64,000 bases of DNA from Thalia democratica (Eukaryota). Location: positions 11,842,001 through 11,906,000 of the forward strand of contig OZ241829.1 in the NCBI GenBank assembly GCA_965202585.1. Reading direction: 5' to 3'. Shown piece after piece: positions 62,581 through 64,000 of this stretch. Every line of letters starts with the position of its first letter. Positions within the stretch are counted from its first letter, which is position 1. Under the pieces are notes generated by a model. That model was not told where the DNA came from. It worked only from the letters and a program-made list of their open reading frames with translations, and ran no database searches. A program made the translations under genes and the position numbers.

Positions 62581-63264
62581 GGGCATAGGGGAGTGGGGTA
62601 AATCACCTTTTTCACAAATTAAATTTATTTTATTGAGTTTTAATTAAGCTACAAGTTGATTTTTACAGATTTCTTTAACTCAAAGTACTTTTTTAGATAT
62701 AGCCTGTCAAAGTTGAGACTACAGTAGGTTCCTTATGGGAGGCGGAAACTAAAATGGCAAATAATTAGAGATTACTAAAAATCAATCTCCTCCTACGTTC
62801 TTTTGGGACAACTACCTCAAACTTTTAAGAAATTTTTCTTGAAATATTTAGAAAACTCTGTCTGAACAAATTTTTATGAACTTATAAATTAAAATCTCTG
62901 CCAAAAAAACAATTAAAACACTTTTTCATGTTTATTAAAAAAAAAATAATAATTTTGATTAAACATTTTTTTTCCAACATAATTTTCTAAATATTGCAAG
63001 GAACATTTCCTGAAAGTTTAAGGTATTTATCTAAAAATTGTAGGAGGAGATTGATTTTTAGTGAAATAGTCTTTTTTTGCAACTTTAGTTTGAGCCTTCC
63101 ATAAGGAACCTATTGTTGCCTCCGACTTTGACCGACTATATCTCAAAAATTATTTAGAATTTTTGAAATCTGTAAAAAGTATTTTGTAGCTTAGTTAACA
63201 CTCAATAAAATAAGTTTAAATAGTGAAAAAAGTGATTTAACCCCTTCCCCTTCTCCCTATGCTC
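62581..63264. mobile_element. Second, diverged copy of the Kolobok-like MITE
   Basis: TTAA|GGGCATAGGGGAG left end and degenerate CTCCCTATGCTC right end. Internal motifs (taggttcctt…, aggaacatttcct…aaggtatttatct) are shared with 57749-58321. Confidence 0.75.
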
Positions 63265-63349
63265 ATATTACTTAAAAAATGTTTAAAGTTAAAATCCATA
63301 ACTTAACAAACTTCAGAAAAATTTAACTACAGCTCAGTTATTTATTCAG

Positions 63350-63436
63350 GTATATAGCTGATATAGAAAAATCAAATTGTAATGCAGCAGTGCTCGCCCT
63401 GCAGTATTGCCAACATAGTTTGGCAAATTGTTGTTC
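63350..63436 (+). CDS. Possible isolated exon of a neighbouring plus-strand gene (YIADIEKSNCNAAVLALQYCQHSLANCC)
   Basis: tttattcag acceptor, GTAAGT donor, 87 nt, open in phase 2, locally raised GC. No partner exon was confidently found. Confidence 0.35.
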
Positions 63437-64000
63437 GTAAGTATCAAATTTAATTTTGGTTTTTCAAATTAAATTTAAACAGTTTTTTATTGTCATTCTT
63501 TTCAAACCAAGACAACCAAAGGCTTAGCATTAAATATAAAATGAAATTTTGTCTACTACCTTGTTTTAAATTTGACTATTTTAAAATGATTAAAGTTTTG
63601 TTTTCTATTAAATGTTTTAATAAAAGTCATCTCAATTCAAACAATTTTAATTTTTAAGGATTGAGCTGTGATTTTACTTAAACTTCATTATAAGTTTTAG
63701 CTCAAATTACAATGCATTTTAATCAACATTTTTTAAATTATGTTTTATAGTGGTAAATTAAAAATATATTTCTTATTTTTGTTCTTTACAGTTTTTTATA
63801 CCACAGTTAGTTTTTAATTATTTTAAGTTTTGTTAATTGATAACTACTAACTGTTTTTTGGTCACTAAGATTTTTTTGTGTTGTGTCAAAGAGTGTATTA
63901 CAGAAAAAAAAAATGTTTTAGTTTTTTAATGATTATAGTATTAAAAAACTTATACAATATTTTATTTCTTAACTTATTCATACAAAGGTTGTAAAATTGT

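Overview
This is AT-rich eukaryotic (animal-type) genomic DNA; the taxon cannot be determined from the sequence. Positions 277-53050 hold one large minus-strand gene, which I reconstructed by hand as 57 GT-AG exons. All splice phases are compatible and there is no internal stop: 8663 coding nt, at least 2887 aa, running off the left edge. The protein has a signal peptide followed by eight diverged ~350-aa modules of 7 exons each. Each module is an 8-Cys Ly6/uPAR (three-finger)-like domain, a linker Cys and two mutually related helical Cys domains, 20 Cys in total. I do not recognise the gene. Three unusual patterns stand out. (1) Six introns per module are positionally fixed, but one lies at a different site in every module. 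(2) About 20 exons are flanked by tandem intronic 'echo' copies of their own splice junction. (3) The extreme echo is a 30 x ~132-bp array built from the 3' two-thirds of exon 26 plus its donor, where most units could act as in-frame, mutually exclusive 73-nt exons. Some echoes differ from their exon mainly at synonymous sites. The upstream 11 kb holds several MITEs (hAT-type, Kolobok-like, TA-flanked) and one possible plus-strand exon.
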